Part shown: piece by piece, positions 8,989 to 18,685 of the stretch
How positions within the stretch are numbered: the stretch's first letter is position 1
Layout of the letters: each line of letters begins with the position of its first letter
Program-made: the position numbers and the translations under genes
Assembly (NCBI GenBank): GCA_016204355.1
Contig: JACQKT010000018.1
Span: forward strand, 4,987 to 68,986
Reading direction: 5' to 3'
Source: Candidatus Liptonbacteria bacterium
GTDB lineage: Bacteria; Patescibacteriota; Minisyncoccia; UBA6257; 2-01-FULL-56-20
Length of the DNA stretch: 64,000 nucleotides
Notes under the pieces: generated by a model
Databases searched by the model: none
The model's input: only the letters and a program-made list of their open reading frames with translations
What the model was told of the DNA's origin: nothing

Positions 8989-11055
8989 TCAAATTTTTTC
9001 CATGGTTAGTCCGAATGTCATTGTACCCTCGGGGTTATCCGTTTCATATTCGAAAACCGGAGAATTATTCTCTTTCCAGATAAAGCCGACCGGCGCATAT
9101 ATTTCAAGTTTGTAAGTTCCTTCGCTTCCCGATTGTTTTTGGAAAATAAACTCGTATTTTTGGCCGCTCTTCGCCGGAGAAAATAAGTTGACCGAATAAT
9201 TCAGAATTATTCTGCTTGTTTTTCCGGGATCGGTCTTTGTCCAGAATCCGAATACTTTTTTCCCGCTTTCCCTGAATTCATCAACTCCCGGATACAAGAA
9301 ATTTTTCTTCGAGGTGGATTCTATTTCAAAAACCAACGGGTCGGATTTATAACCGTTTTTTGAATAATCGGTTTTAGGAACTATTTTCCTGTCCCATCCT
9401 CCGCCGAAACTTGAAAGAGATGTTGTTCCCGGAACAAAAATTTTCGAATAGGTTTCGTTGGTAAGTCTGTACCACCACGGATCGTTTTTCCCCCCATTGT
9501 GACGTCTTTCTACCTCAAGTTGATTCACGGCTGTCCCGTCCGAATTAAGCTGTGTTTTGAAAAAGACTTTTTGGCCCATCAGAAAATCGCTTTTCCCGCC
9601 GCCAACGTTGGCGTTGACAACAGCGAGATAGTCGCCGTTGAAATCCGCTGGCAAATCCAAAACCTTTCCGGAAATTCCGTAGAAATCGGCGAAATTTTCA
9701 AAGGCCGGGTCTTTGAAATACATCACGATATCTTTATTTCTTATCCATTCATAGAATTTTTCCGTTGCTGCCGAACTGTCTTTCGGCTGCAACGAAACGA
9801 GCCTGGACAAAAACTGCGGAACAAGTTCTATAATGATTTTTTTGGATTTTGTTCCGCCTGCTTGCGCGTTTTGGACTTCCTTTTGTATTTCCTTCAGGAA
9901 ATTGTTTTTGTCGATGATTAAATCCCTGTTTTCCAGTTTAATGGGTCCGGTCAATTCCAATACGTCGCCCAATACTTTCGGTGAAATCGCTATCGCTCCG
10001 TCAAAAGACACCTTTCCGGCGTACATTTTCGATTTTTCCATCAGTTCAATGGCCTTCGACATGGAAAGGCCTGCGTCGAAAAACCAGTTTGAATCGGCTA
10101 TGGTCCAGGCTTTTTCTATCGCCTGCAGGGGCTTGGGAGGAATTATGTTCTCTTCGAGCAATTTGTCCGGGTCATTTATGTCGTGAACCTCGACTGATTT
10201 CACGTTTCCACCCGAAAAAATCACGTCGGCGTAACTTCCTATAAATCCGCCGCTCGGCCTTATCTCCGAAGAATTTTCAAAAAGCACGAGAATATGCTTG
10301 TCCTCTTCCGAAGACAAAAAATTTATGAGGGCGAAAAGAAAATCGTTCATACGCCTGAAATTCAACTGGACCGACAAAGGAGATCCGTATCCGCCCGACA
10401 AAAAGTTGTCTATTCCCAAATCGAGAGAATTGAGTTTGTTGTTGGATTCGTTGATCAGTTCGATGTATTTCTTCGTATTTTCAAGTTTGGATATCAGTTC
10501 TTGCCCGTCTCCGCTTAAAAGAAGCTTCGGCCAGTTTTCGGTGAAATCCTCCAATTCGCGGATCAACCCCATGCCCGCGAGCGAAAAATTCTGGAAGCTC
10601 GAGTAAATCGAGCCGGCATTCTCCCATAATGATTTTGTCTTCACCAAATCCAAAACGCTTAACCGCGAATCTCCCAGATAGCTGTCCGCATTGTCTCCGT
10701 TGGTTTTCAAAAGCAGATGACCTACGTCGCCGCTCGCAAGATTGAAGTAACCTATCAAGTTGTTCCACTTGGCATAAACTCCGGCCCCCCACAAAAGAGC
10801 GACAATAACGAAAACGCCCAAAGAAATGAAAACAAGCTTCTTAATAAATTTTTTTTTGCCGCGCGAAGGTGCGGGAACGGAAAAGCCGTTTTTCGATTCC
10901 GCCTTTTCCGTTCCGAAAAATTGAGGGAATACTCTCTCGTTGAAGTTACCGTCCGAAAAAAGCCGCTTTTTCTGGTAGGCATCATTAATGCCCGGATTTT
11001 TCTGTATGTCAGCGAGGTCGCTGGAAACATTTTTTCTGGGAACTTTCCGCTTCAT
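8989..11055 (-). CDS. large membrane-anchored protein, DUF4012-like
   Basis: N-terminal TM plus a large extracytoplasmic domain. The IRPSGGFIGSYADV motif resembles the DUF4012 core. 688 aa. Confidence 0.55.
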   Translation of the reverse strand: MKRKVPRKNVSSDLADIQKNPGINDAYQKKRLFSDGNFNERVFPQFFGTEKAESKNGFSVPAPSRGKKKFIKKLVFISLGVFVIVALLWGAGVYAKWNNLIGYFNLASGDVGHLLLKTNGDNADSYLGDSRLSVLDLVKTKSLWENAGSIYSSFQNFSLAGMGLIRELEDFTENWPKLLLSGDGQELISKLENTKKYIELINESNNKLNSLDLGIDNFLSGGYGSPLSVQLNFRRMNDFLFALINFLSSEEDKHILVLFENSSEIRPSGGFIGSYADVIFSGGNVKSVEVHDINDPDKLLEENIIPPKPLQAIEKAWTIADSNWFFDAGLSMSKAIELMEKSKMYAGKVSFDGAIAISPKVLGDVLELTGPIKLENRDLIIDKNNFLKEIQKEVQNAQAGGTKSKKIIIELVPQFLSRLVSLQPKDSSAATEKFYEWIRNKDIVMYFKDPAFENFADFYGISGKVLDLPADFNGDYLAVVNANVGGGKSDFLMGQKVFFKTQLNSDGTAVNQLEVERRHNGGKNDPWWYRLTNETYSKIFVPGTTSLSSFGGGWDRKIVPKTDYSKNGYKSDPLVFEIESTSKKNFLYPGVDEFRESGKKVFGFWTKTDPGKTSRIILNYSVNLFSPAKSGQKYEFIFQKQSGSEGTYKLEIYAPVGFIWKENNSPVFEYETDNPEGTMTFGLTMEKI

Positions 11056-11298
11056 TCTCCAAGAATTCTACTCGTCCAAACACGGAAATTCAATTTGTTT
11101 TCAGCGCCCTATTTGAGGAGAAATCTGTCTTGCTCTATTTCGATTTTGATACCGTTCAAATAATTTTTTATTGCCTTTTTTGCCCCTAAATCCATAGCTT
11201 TGGATGGCTCAAACCACGAAAATTCCTTCAGTTCTCTTTCTTCCAAAACGACGTCTTCCGTAAGCGCTTCGCAAACGCAATGGAAGTAAATAAACTTG

Positions 11299-11372
11299 TT
11301 GCGGGGGCGGGACTCGAACCCGCTTCGGGAGCTTATGGGGCTCCCCGGTAAACCTTTCCCAACCCTCCCGCG
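11299..11372 (-). tRNA. tRNA with CAU anticodon, initiator-like acceptor end (tRNA-fMet candidate)
   Basis: Reverse complement ends ...GCGGG-UUCGAGU-CCCGC-CCCCGCA-A, identical to the E. coli tRNA-fMet 3' end. The 5' end CGCGGGA gives a C1.A72 mismatch. Anticodon loop CCCAUAA (C33 unusual). One extra acceptor mismatch, so not a clean fold. Confidence 0.45.
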
Positions 11373-11477
11373 ATTTCGATGCGAGGCTCGCCAAAGGCGG
11401 CCCGCGGTGCCCGAAGATTATATTTCCCGGAGTTTAAATTGTCAAAACCGTTTATTGATGTCAAAATAATTCCTGAA

Positions 11478-11549
11478 GTCAGGGTAGCTCAACGGTGGAG
11501 CAGGGCTTTCATAAGGCCAAGGTTGTGGGTTCGAGTCCCGCCCCTGACA
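11478..11549 (+). tRNA. tRNA-Met or tRNA-Ile2 (anticodon CAU)
   Basis: Acceptor GUCAGGG/CCCUGAC, D-arm GCUC-AACGGUG-GAGC, anticodon loop UUCAUAA, T-arm GUGGG-UUCGAGU-CCCGC. No encoded CCA. Confidence 0.6.
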
Positions 11550-11556
11550 CACTAAC

Positions 11557-12912
11557 ATGAAAATCGCCATTTTGGGCTTCGCAAGAGAAGGACGCTCGGT
11601 CCTTAAATTCCTTCAAAAGGACCGAGAATTCAAAAAATCTGAGATTTGGATTTTGGACAAAAATCCCAATTCGGTATCGGGTATTAACCGGGTGCCCGGG
11701 ATACGAACCGGCAAGAATTATCTAAAAAATCTGCATGTCTTCGATGTTGTTTTTCGCTCGCCCGGAATACCTTATTTGTCGCCGGAAATACAAAAGGCGG
11801 AAAGAAAAGGCACAGAAATATTGAGCGCAACCAAGATATTTTTCGAAAGATGCCCCGGAACTATTATCGGCATCACAGGGACGAAAGGTAAAGGAACCAC
11901 GTCTACGATTCTCTACAAGATGCTTAAAGCCCATTCGACAAGCTCAGGGCAAGCCGGAGGCAGGAAGGTTTTTCTGGCGGGAAATATAGGCAGGCCGGCG
12001 CTGGATATGCTTTCGAAAATCGACAAAAAATCTCTTGTTGTTTTCGAACTCTCGAGCTTCCAGCTTCAAGACATGAAAATGTCCCCGGAGATAGCCGTTG
12101 TTCTGGATATTTTCCCCGACCATCTGGACGCACACAAAAATGTCAGAGAATATTACGCGGCTAAAGCTAATATCACGAAATATCAGAGCAAAAAGGACAG
12201 GGTTTTTTCCTTCAAAAACAACAGCTTGAGCGGGAAAATGGCTGCAAACGGTAAAGGCCTCAAGATTGTCGTGGACGAAAAGAAATTCGGACTTTTTTCT
12301 TCCGGCGACCTGAAAATCGATGGGCCGCATAATTTCAAAAACGCCGTTATGGCTGCGACTGTCGCGAAATCGCTGGGCGTGTCGAATAAAGCCATTGTTA
12401 AAACGATAAGGAATTTCCGCGGGATGGAGCACAGATTGGAATTTGTAAGGAAAATTAAATTGCAAATTCATTCGCATACAATTTCGCGTAATTTGCATTA
12501 TGTTTACTTTTACAACGATTCCGCTTCGACAAATCCGCAGACCGCCGCGGCGGCCATGGAATCTTTTCCGAAAAAAGAAAAAATACTTGTAGCGGGAGGA
12601 CAGGATAAAAATCTGAGTTATGCTCCTCTTAAAAAAGCGATTGAGAAATCCGGAACGAAATTTTTGGTTCTCTTCGGAGAAAACAAAAGCAAAATCGGAA
12701 AATCGGTAAGAGGGTCCGGAGCCGAGATAGCGTTTACGAAAAATCTCGCCGAGGCGATTAAAGAATCGCGTAAACGCGCGGAACACCTGGCGGCCCGAAA
12801 AGATTCTGATGTAGCCGTTCTTTTTTCTCCCGCTTCGACAAGTTTCGATATGTTCGAAAATTACGAGGATCGCGGCGATAAGTTCAAAAAAATCGTAAAA
12901 CAGTTAAAATAA
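11557..12912 (+). CDS. murD: UDP-N-acetylmuramoylalanine--D-glutamate ligase
   Basis: Mur ligase P-loop GITGTKGKGTTS, HRLEFV...NDSASTN block typical of MurD and a MurD N-terminal Rossmann start. Carries a 15-aa in-frame insert (see findings). Confidence 0.8.
   Translation: MKIAILGFAREGRSVLKFLQKDREFKKSEIWILDKNPNSVSGINRVPGIRTGKNYLKNLHVFDVVFRSPGIPYLSPEIQKAERKGTEILSATKIFFERCPGTIIGITGTKGKGTTSTILYKMLKAHSTSSGQAGGRKVFLAGNIGRPALDMLSKIDKKSLVVFELSSFQLQDMKMSPEIAVVLDIFPDHLDAHKNVREYYAAKANITKYQSKKDRVFSFKNNSLSGKMAANGKGLKIVVDEKKFGLFSSGDLKIDGPHNFKNAVMAATVAKSLGVSNKAIVKTIRNFRGMEHRLEFVRKIKLQIHSHTISRNLHYVYFYNDSASTNPQTAAAAMESFPKKEKILVAGGQDKNLSYAPLKKAIEKSGTKFLVLFGENKSKIGKSVRGSGAEIAFTKNLAEAIKESRKRAEHLAARKDSDVAVLFSPASTSFDMFENYEDRGDKFKKIVKQLK
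12457..12502. repeat. 45-nt palindromic GCGAAT-family element lying in-frame inside murD
   Basis: Sequence aaattgcaaattcattcgcatacaatttcgcgtaatttgcattat shares ATTCGCA / TTCGCG / ATTTGCAT words with the intergenic element family. It encodes KLQIHSHTISRNLHY, which is absent from the canonical MurD block. Confidence 0.5.
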
Positions 12913-12916
12913 ACGA

Positions 12917-13210
12917 ATGCTTTCAGAGATAGATAAAAAAACCATAGAATATCTCGCCGAACTCTCCAGGATAAAGCTCGGCGCCGACGAAGAAAATAAA
13001 ATACTTAAGGACTTGAAAAAAATCCTCGTTTATTTCGAGGAGCTGAAATCACTCGATACTTCCGGCATAGAAACCATGAATGGAGGTACCGAGGCTAAAA
13101 ACGAATTCAGGAACGACGATGACAGGACGGATACCGACAAAGGAAATGGCGTTGAGGCGTTCCCCGAAAAAGAAAACGGCTTTTTAAAAGTGCCTCCGGT
13201 GTTCGAATGA
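12917..13210 (+). CDS. gatC: Asp/Glu-tRNA amidotransferase subunit C
   Basis: 97-aa protein with GatC pattern (EYLAELSRIKLGADEE...ILVYFEELKSLDTSGIE), directly upstream of gatA. Confidence 0.8.
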   Translation: MLSEIDKKTIEYLAELSRIKLGADEENKILKDLKKILVYFEELKSLDTSGIETMNGGTEAKNEFRNDDDRTDTDKGNGVEAFPEKENGFLKVPPVFE

Positions 13211-13269
13211 ACATAATGCGAACGATGCGAATTTGTATGCGAATACCACGAATGTATTAGGAAAATCGA
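13211..13269. repeat. half (non-palindromic) GCGAAT-motif element in the gatC-gatA spacer
   Basis: Direct iterations AATGCGAAC, GATGCGAAT, TATGCGAATA, CACGAATG, ATCGAATG fill the gap from the gatC stop to the gatA ATG. Confidence 0.5.
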
Positions 13270-14751
13270 ATGACTCCACTAAAGAATCTCACAATAAAAA
13301 AATTCAATGAGGGCCTCGTAAAAAAGGATTTTTCCGCAGCTGAAATAGCTGACGCTTTTCTCCGGGAAATTTCACGAAAAGACGGCGAAATAGGAGCTTA
13401 TTTGAGCATCAACGAAGAAGGCGCGCTACGGGAAGCGGAAGCTGTAGATGCTTCGTTGGCAAAAGGAGAAAAAATCGGCCCTTTTGCCGGAGTTCCCATC
13501 GCAATAAAGGACAACATTCTTATAAAGGGCCTGCGGGCAACGGCCGCTTCAAAAATTCTCGAAAACTACACGGCAAGTTATGACGCGGGCATAATAAAAA
13601 AGTTAAAAAACGAACGCGCAGTTTTTCTCGGCAAAACGAACATGGACGAATTTGCAATGGGTTCTTCGACGGAAAATTCGGCCTTTAAAATGACAAAAAA
13701 TCCGCATGATAACGAGCGGGTTCCCGGGGGCTCTTCCGGCGGGTCCGCTGCCGCAGTGGCGGCCGATCTTGCCGTAGCGGCATTAGGCTCTGATACCGGC
13801 GGCTCCATTCGCGAACCGGCTGCGTTTTGCGGCGTGGTCGGATTGAAACCTACGTACGGCGCGGTCTCCCGCTCCGGCTTAATCGCTATGGCTTCGAGCC
13901 TGGATCAAATCGGGCCGATAACGAAAACGGTTCAGGATTCGGCTCTTCTTTTCAACGCAATACGCGGACAGGACGCGCTCGATGCCACCAGTACGGAAAT
14001 TCCCGGAAGTGAAAATTATATCAGGGAACTCTTGGATCCAGATCTGAAAAAAATAAAAGATTTGGTAATCGGCATTCCGGGAGAGTACTTCCCCGAAGAA
14101 TTGGATGAAACAACAAAGAAAAGCATAGATGTCACAATAAAAACTGTCCAAAGTCTCGGAGTTAAATTCAAAAAAATCTCATTACCCAACACCAGATACG
14201 CACTATCGTGCTATTACATAATCATGCCGGCGGAGGTAAGTTCCAATTTGGCGCGTTTCGATGGAATAAGGTACGGCAGAAAGACGGAAGGCGTACAGCC
14301 GGCAACAAACCTGAAAGATATTTATTTCAAGACAAGAGGCGAAGGGTTCGGAAATGAAGCGAAAAGAAGAATTATTTTAGGAACTTTTGTCTTGTCGTCG
14401 GGTTACTACGATTCTTACTATAAAAAAGCGCAGCAGGTAAGGAGACTTATAAAAAATGATTTTGAAAACGCGCTCAAAGAAGTAGACGCTATAATGACGC
14501 CGGTGACTCCCGGCCCAGCTTTCAAAATCGGAGAAAAAACAGAAGACCCTTTAACAATGTATCTATCTGACATTTTCACTATACCGGCAAACTTAGCCGG
14601 ACTGCCGGCCGTTTCCATACCTGTCCGCGAAAAAAAGGAGGGCCTGCCGATAGGATTCCAGCTTATCGGCAAAGCATGGCGCGAACCCGATATACTCGGA
14701 CTCGGTTTTTATTACGAAAAAACAACCGCTCCCGAACTTTACGAGAATTAA
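13270..14751 (+). CDS. gatA: glutamyl-tRNA(Gln) amidotransferase subunit A
   Basis: Amidase signature GGSSGGSAAAVAA with GVPIAIKDN. Confidence 0.9.
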   Translation: MTPLKNLTIKKFNEGLVKKDFSAAEIADAFLREISRKDGEIGAYLSINEEGALREAEAVDASLAKGEKIGPFAGVPIAIKDNILIKGLRATAASKILENYTASYDAGIIKKLKNERAVFLGKTNMDEFAMGSSTENSAFKMTKNPHDNERVPGGSSGGSAAAVAADLAVAALGSDTGGSIREPAAFCGVVGLKPTYGAVSRSGLIAMASSLDQIGPITKTVQDSALLFNAIRGQDALDATSTEIPGSENYIRELLDPDLKKIKDLVIGIPGEYFPEELDETTKKSIDVTIKTVQSLGVKFKKISLPNTRYALSCYYIIMPAEVSSNLARFDGIRYGRKTEGVQPATNLKDIYFKTRGEGFGNEAKRRIILGTFVLSSGYYDSYYKKAQQVRRLIKNDFENALKEVDAIMTPVTPGPAFKIGEKTEDPLTMYLSDIFTIPANLAGLPAVSIPVREKKEGLPIGFQLIGKAWREPDILGLGFYYEKTTAPELYEN

Positions 14752-14755
14752 AGGA

Positions 14756-15751
14756 TTATTGCCCGGGAGCCGTACTCGTGGCGCTTTGTGCTACCTGTCC
14801 GTTAACGGTTGTAACAGTAAGCTGATTCGATCCCGGCTGATGCGTTCCTTTGAGTTCAACCGATGAGCCGAGCAGGGGTTTAAGCGCTGCGTCTACTGCG
14901 GCATCTTTGGAATTTTTTACAACGAGAAAAACATTCTTGTCGGTTACCAGAGAATAAAGCGATTTTCCTCCGCCTCCTAGCGTTCCGGAGATGCTGAAAG
15001 CGACCGGTTCCGTTGAACTACCCTCTCCCAAGGCAAAAATGGAGAGCTGGTTGCCGAGATTTTCTATAGTTTTATCTAGTGTTGTAATTTGTTCCGTCAG
15101 GGCGTTTTTTTCTTTCGTAACCGATTCAAGTTGTCCTTCTACCGCCCCCTTGGCGGTCGTCAAGGATTGTATTTCGGAATTTACGCTGCCGCCTTTCACA
15201 TAAAAATGAATATTTCCTCCGAGAAGCACGATTGAAAGAATTCCCAAGGAAAGAATGGCATAAAAATTTTTACCGCCCTTAAAACCGTTTTTTTTCTGCT
15301 GTGAAAGCGAAATTACTTCCGGTTTTGCCCCGGACGGCTTTGCCGGGTCCGTCCCTGTGACGCTTTTGGGCTGGAAAACGCTTTCACCTTTCGGCTGGAA
15401 TATGTCGCTTGTGACAAAAGACACCGGCGATGATTTTGCCGGGGACGGGGAAGGCTGTTCCGCTGTAGGCTTGGCGACTACAATCGGCTCCAGGGGTTTT
15501 GGTTGCTGGGTCGGTTGTTGCTGCTGCACAGGTTGAACCTGAGTCGTCTGAATTGGTTGAACCGGTTGGATCGGTAATGTTGGTTTTAAAGGAGTTCCGT
15601 TTTCCGGCGAAATTTCCGTTTCCGCGATTGCCTGACTTATGTCCACCTCTCTCCATCCTGCAGTAACAAGAGCACTCTTTATGGTGTCCTTCGAAACGCC
15701 GAGTTTTGTCTGCTGGATGATGTAATCTTTAAGTTCTTGATTGGCTGCCAT
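14756..15751 (-). CDS. hypothetical single-pass membrane protein with Pro/Gln-rich linker
   Basis: 331 aa: small N-terminal cytoplasmic domain, PQ-rich low-complexity region, TM segment, then an extracellular coiled-coil/beta region. Confidence 0.5.
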   Translation of the reverse strand: MAANQELKDYIIQQTKLGVSKDTIKSALVTAGWREVDISQAIAETEISPENGTPLKPTLPIQPVQPIQTTQVQPVQQQQPTQQPKPLEPIVVAKPTAEQPSPSPAKSSPVSFVTSDIFQPKGESVFQPKSVTGTDPAKPSGAKPEVISLSQQKKNGFKGGKNFYAILSLGILSIVLLGGNIHFYVKGGSVNSEIQSLTTAKGAVEGQLESVTKEKNALTEQITTLDKTIENLGNQLSIFALGEGSSTEPVAFSISGTLGGGGKSLYSLVTDKNVFLVVKNSKDAAVDAALKPLLGSSVELKGTHQPGSNQLTVTTVNGQVAQSATSTAPGQ

Positions 15752-15838
15752 CGGACTTATTATAGCAAATCCATTTAAAAAGATATGTGGAAAATAATGT
15801 CTCTTTGCCGGCGAAATGATGTCAGGTAGAATGAACGG

Positions 15839-16339
15839 ATGATTTTAGCGACGCATGCCGTGGTTGGAGCCGCCTCAGCTATCGTTTTCCGCGACAATCC
15901 CGCGATTGCATTGACTGTCGCTTTTTTGAGTCATTTCGTTCTCGATGCCATCCCTCATTGGCACTACAGGCTCCTTTCGAGAATAATCGATGCCTCTTTG
16001 CAATTCGGAGAAAAGCTCAATTTTAACGGGGAGTTTTTAAAAGACACCTTCCGCACCGGTATTGATTTCGGGGTCGGATTGGTTATTTCGCTTGCGATTT
16101 CGCAATCTTTTTATCCAGATTACTTCTGGCTGACGGCTTTCGGCGCTTTCGCCGGCGCTTTGCCTGACTTACTGCAAGTGATTTATGAAAGATTTCCGAA
16201 TACACCGCTCTATCATTTCAAAAAATTCCACGAAAACGTTCATGCAAAAACTTCTCTTGACGAACAACCGCTGGTCGGCATTTCCCAGCAGATAATCGTA
16301 TCAATAGCGGCGGCTTTTGTGATGATTTATTTTAGCTGA
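15839..16339 (+). CDS. membrane-bound metal-dependent hydrolase-like protein (YdjM/DUF457-like)
   Basis: Polytopic 166-aa protein with the HFVLDAIPHWH His/Asp motif reminiscent of DUF457. Confidence 0.45.
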   Translation: MILATHAVVGAASAIVFRDNPAIALTVAFLSHFVLDAIPHWHYRLLSRIIDASLQFGEKLNFNGEFLKDTFRTGIDFGVGLVISLAISQSFYPDYFWLTAFGAFAGALPDLLQVIYERFPNTPLYHFKKFHENVHAKTSLDEQPLVGISQQIIVSIAAAFVMIYFS

Positions 16340-16443
16340 TCTGCGTATCGTTCAAATCCAGCCACCCGAAAAGTTAGTCCTTCGACTTCGCTCAGGACAG
16401 CGAAATTCTAAAGCCCGCAAAAGTGGGCTAAGAATTTCAGCTG

Positions 16444-16517
16444 CGCGGGCGGCCGGATTTGAACCGGTGACCTTCCCCGTGACAGGGGGACGTTCTGCCA
16501 GGCTGAACTACGCCCGC
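16444..16517 (-). tRNA. tRNA-Asp (anticodon GUC)
   Basis: Reverse complement folds as GCGGGCG-UA-GUUC-AGCCUGGCA-GAAC-G-UCCCC-CUGUCAC-GGGGA-AGGUC-ACCGG-UUCAAAU-CCGGC-CGCCCGC-G (one A.C at 49-65). Confidence 0.7.
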
Positions 16518-16570
16518 ATGCGTACAACAAATGATATTGTTTTGAAAGCAAAAAATCAAACCTGCTATCG

Positions 16571-18685
16571 CTATTTAATCAACTTTATGAATTCCTCTTC
16601 GGAAATTATTTTTATACCCAGTTTTTGCGCTTTTTCAAGCTTGGAACCCGGTTCGCTGCCTGCCACGACATAAGACGTTTTCTTGCCAACCGATTCCGAA
16701 ACGTCTCCGCCGAGACTAAGGATTTTTTCTTTAGCTTCATCGCGAGGCATCGATTCCAGTCCTCCTGTCAGAACGAACGTTTTACCTTTCAGCCTGCCGC
16801 TTGCCTGCCTTGGGCGCAGCCGGGGAGTTGCTATCATAATCCCGGCCGATTCCAATTTTTCAACAAGATTGATATTTCTACGCTCACGGAACCAACCATA
16901 AATGCTTTGCGAGACTTTCGGACCAATATCTTGGATTTCTTGCAGATTTTCCAAAGACATTTTCTGAAATATTTTGAGGATATCAATCGGCTTCGATATT
17001 CCGCTCTTGATACTCGATATATTCTGTGCGAGCAAATTTGCAGTTTCTTCACCGACATGAAGAATCCCCAATGAATAAATGAATCTGTTCAATAATATTT
17101 TTTTTTTGTTTTCTATTTCACCGATGATATTTTCTGCTGATTTTTCGCCGAAACGTTCAAGCGCCGCTATGTCCCCTTCCTCCAGCTCAAAAATGTCCGC
17201 AGCGTCGGAGATAAGGCCTTCGTCGAGAAATCTATCCATTATCTTGGGGCCTAGACCCCGGATATCGAATGCCGGACGCGAAACGGAATGATAAAGCGCT
17301 TCCCTGTGACGCGCCCCGCATTGCGGGTTCGAACACCGCCACGCGACACCGTCGCGCACGACTTTCGAACCGTCTATCGGGCACTTGTCCGGCATTTTGA
17401 ATTCTCTTTCTTTTCCGGTCCTCATCTCTTCAAGGACCTTTGTAATTTGAGGAATTACGTCTCCCGCGCGGCTGACGACAACAGTATCGCCGACTTTCAA
17501 GCCGAGCCGTTTTATTTCGTCCGCGTTATGAAGTGTCGCGTGCGCGATGGTAACTCCGCCGACCTGAACCGGCCGCATAACGGCCACCGGAGTAAGCACT
17601 CCGGTCCTTCCGACCTGCACCTTTATGTCCTCGACGACCGTCGTGGCTTCTTTGGGAGAAAACTTATAGGCGATCGCGGCGCGCGGAGCTTTCCCGATCA
17701 CTCCCGCAGCATCATGACTTTTGTTATCATCCAAAACCACGACTATCCCGTCTATTTCGTAAGGGAGCCTTTCTCTGTTTTTGTTCCAATAATCGCGGAA
17801 CTCGAATACGTCTTCGACTGTCCGGCAAATTTTGTTGTTAGAATTCACGCGGAATCCCAATTTGTGGAGAATTTCATGTTCTTCGCTGTGTCTTTTTTGC
17901 CCCAATCTGGTTACGATGCCGTATTGAAAAGAATCGAGTTTTCTCTCGGCGGTGATTTTGGGGTCGAGTTGACGGACGGAACCCGCCGCGACATTGCGCG
18001 GATTGGCGTAAAGCTTAAGCCCCATTTTTTTCTGTTCCCGATTTATCGAATCGAATTCTCTCTTGTTCAAAAAAACTTCTCCGCGAACAACCATGCGCTC
18101 TGGTATTTTGAATTTGGAGCCTGGTGCTTTGATTTTGAGCGGTATCGCCTCTATTGTTTTGAGATTTTGCGTGACGTCTTCCCCAATTTCTCCATCCCCG
18201 CGGGTGGAACCTTCCGTTAAAATTCCTTTTTCGTAAACGAGTTCTATTGCAAGGCCGTCTATTTTCAATTCTGCATAAAACGGGCCGCCTATTTTTCTTC
18301 CCAAAAAGTTCGATAATCGTTCGAGCCAGTCATGAGTATCTTCTTCCGAAAAAGCGTCGTTGAACGAAAGCATTCTTTTTTCATGGCGGACTTTTTTGAA
18401 TTGTTTCAGCGGTTCGCCGCCGACACGTTGGGTCGGCGAATCAGGCGTTATAAATTCCGGAAAGAGCTGTTCAAGATCAAACAGCTCTTTCTTAAGGGTG
18501 TCCTCGGCTTCCGGAGAAATTTTTTCTTTGTTCAATACAAGACGGCTATATCTGTACGCATTTATGGTTTTCTTTAGGTGTTCGATTCTTTCTTTGGCCG
18601 ATTTTTTTTTCGTGCTATCCGTCTTCATATGCGATTTGTTACAAGCGCAATTCAAAAACTCTGTATAGCCCCCCGGCTCTTCCAA
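16571..18685 (-). CDS. ligA: NAD-dependent DNA ligase
   Basis: KxDG adenylation motif (LKIDGLAIELVYEKG), OB fold, Zn-finger cysteines, helix-hairpin-helix (HhH) region and a C-terminal BRCT domain. Confidence 0.9.
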   Translation of the reverse strand: MEEPGGYTEFLNCACNKSHMKTDSTKKKSAKERIEHLKKTINAYRYSRLVLNKEKISPEAEDTLKKELFDLEQLFPEFITPDSPTQRVGGEPLKQFKKVRHEKRMLSFNDAFSEEDTHDWLERLSNFLGRKIGGPFYAELKIDGLAIELVYEKGILTEGSTRGDGEIGEDVTQNLKTIEAIPLKIKAPGSKFKIPERMVVRGEVFLNKREFDSINREQKKMGLKLYANPRNVAAGSVRQLDPKITAERKLDSFQYGIVTRLGQKRHSEEHEILHKLGFRVNSNNKICRTVEDVFEFRDYWNKNRERLPYEIDGIVVVLDDNKSHDAAGVIGKAPRAAIAYKFSPKEATTVVEDIKVQVGRTGVLTPVAVMRPVQVGGVTIAHATLHNADEIKRLGLKVGDTVVVSRAGDVIPQITKVLEEMRTGKEREFKMPDKCPIDGSKVVRDGVAWRCSNPQCGARHREALYHSVSRPAFDIRGLGPKIMDRFLDEGLISDAADIFELEEGDIAALERFGEKSAENIIGEIENKKKILLNRFIYSLGILHVGEETANLLAQNISSIKSGISKPIDILKIFQKMSLENLQEIQDIGPKVSQSIYGWFRERRNINLVEKLESAGIMIATPRLRPRQASGRLKGKTFVLTGGLESMPRDEAKEKILSLGGDVSESVGKKTSYVVAGSEPGSKLEKAQKLGIKIISEEEFIKLIK

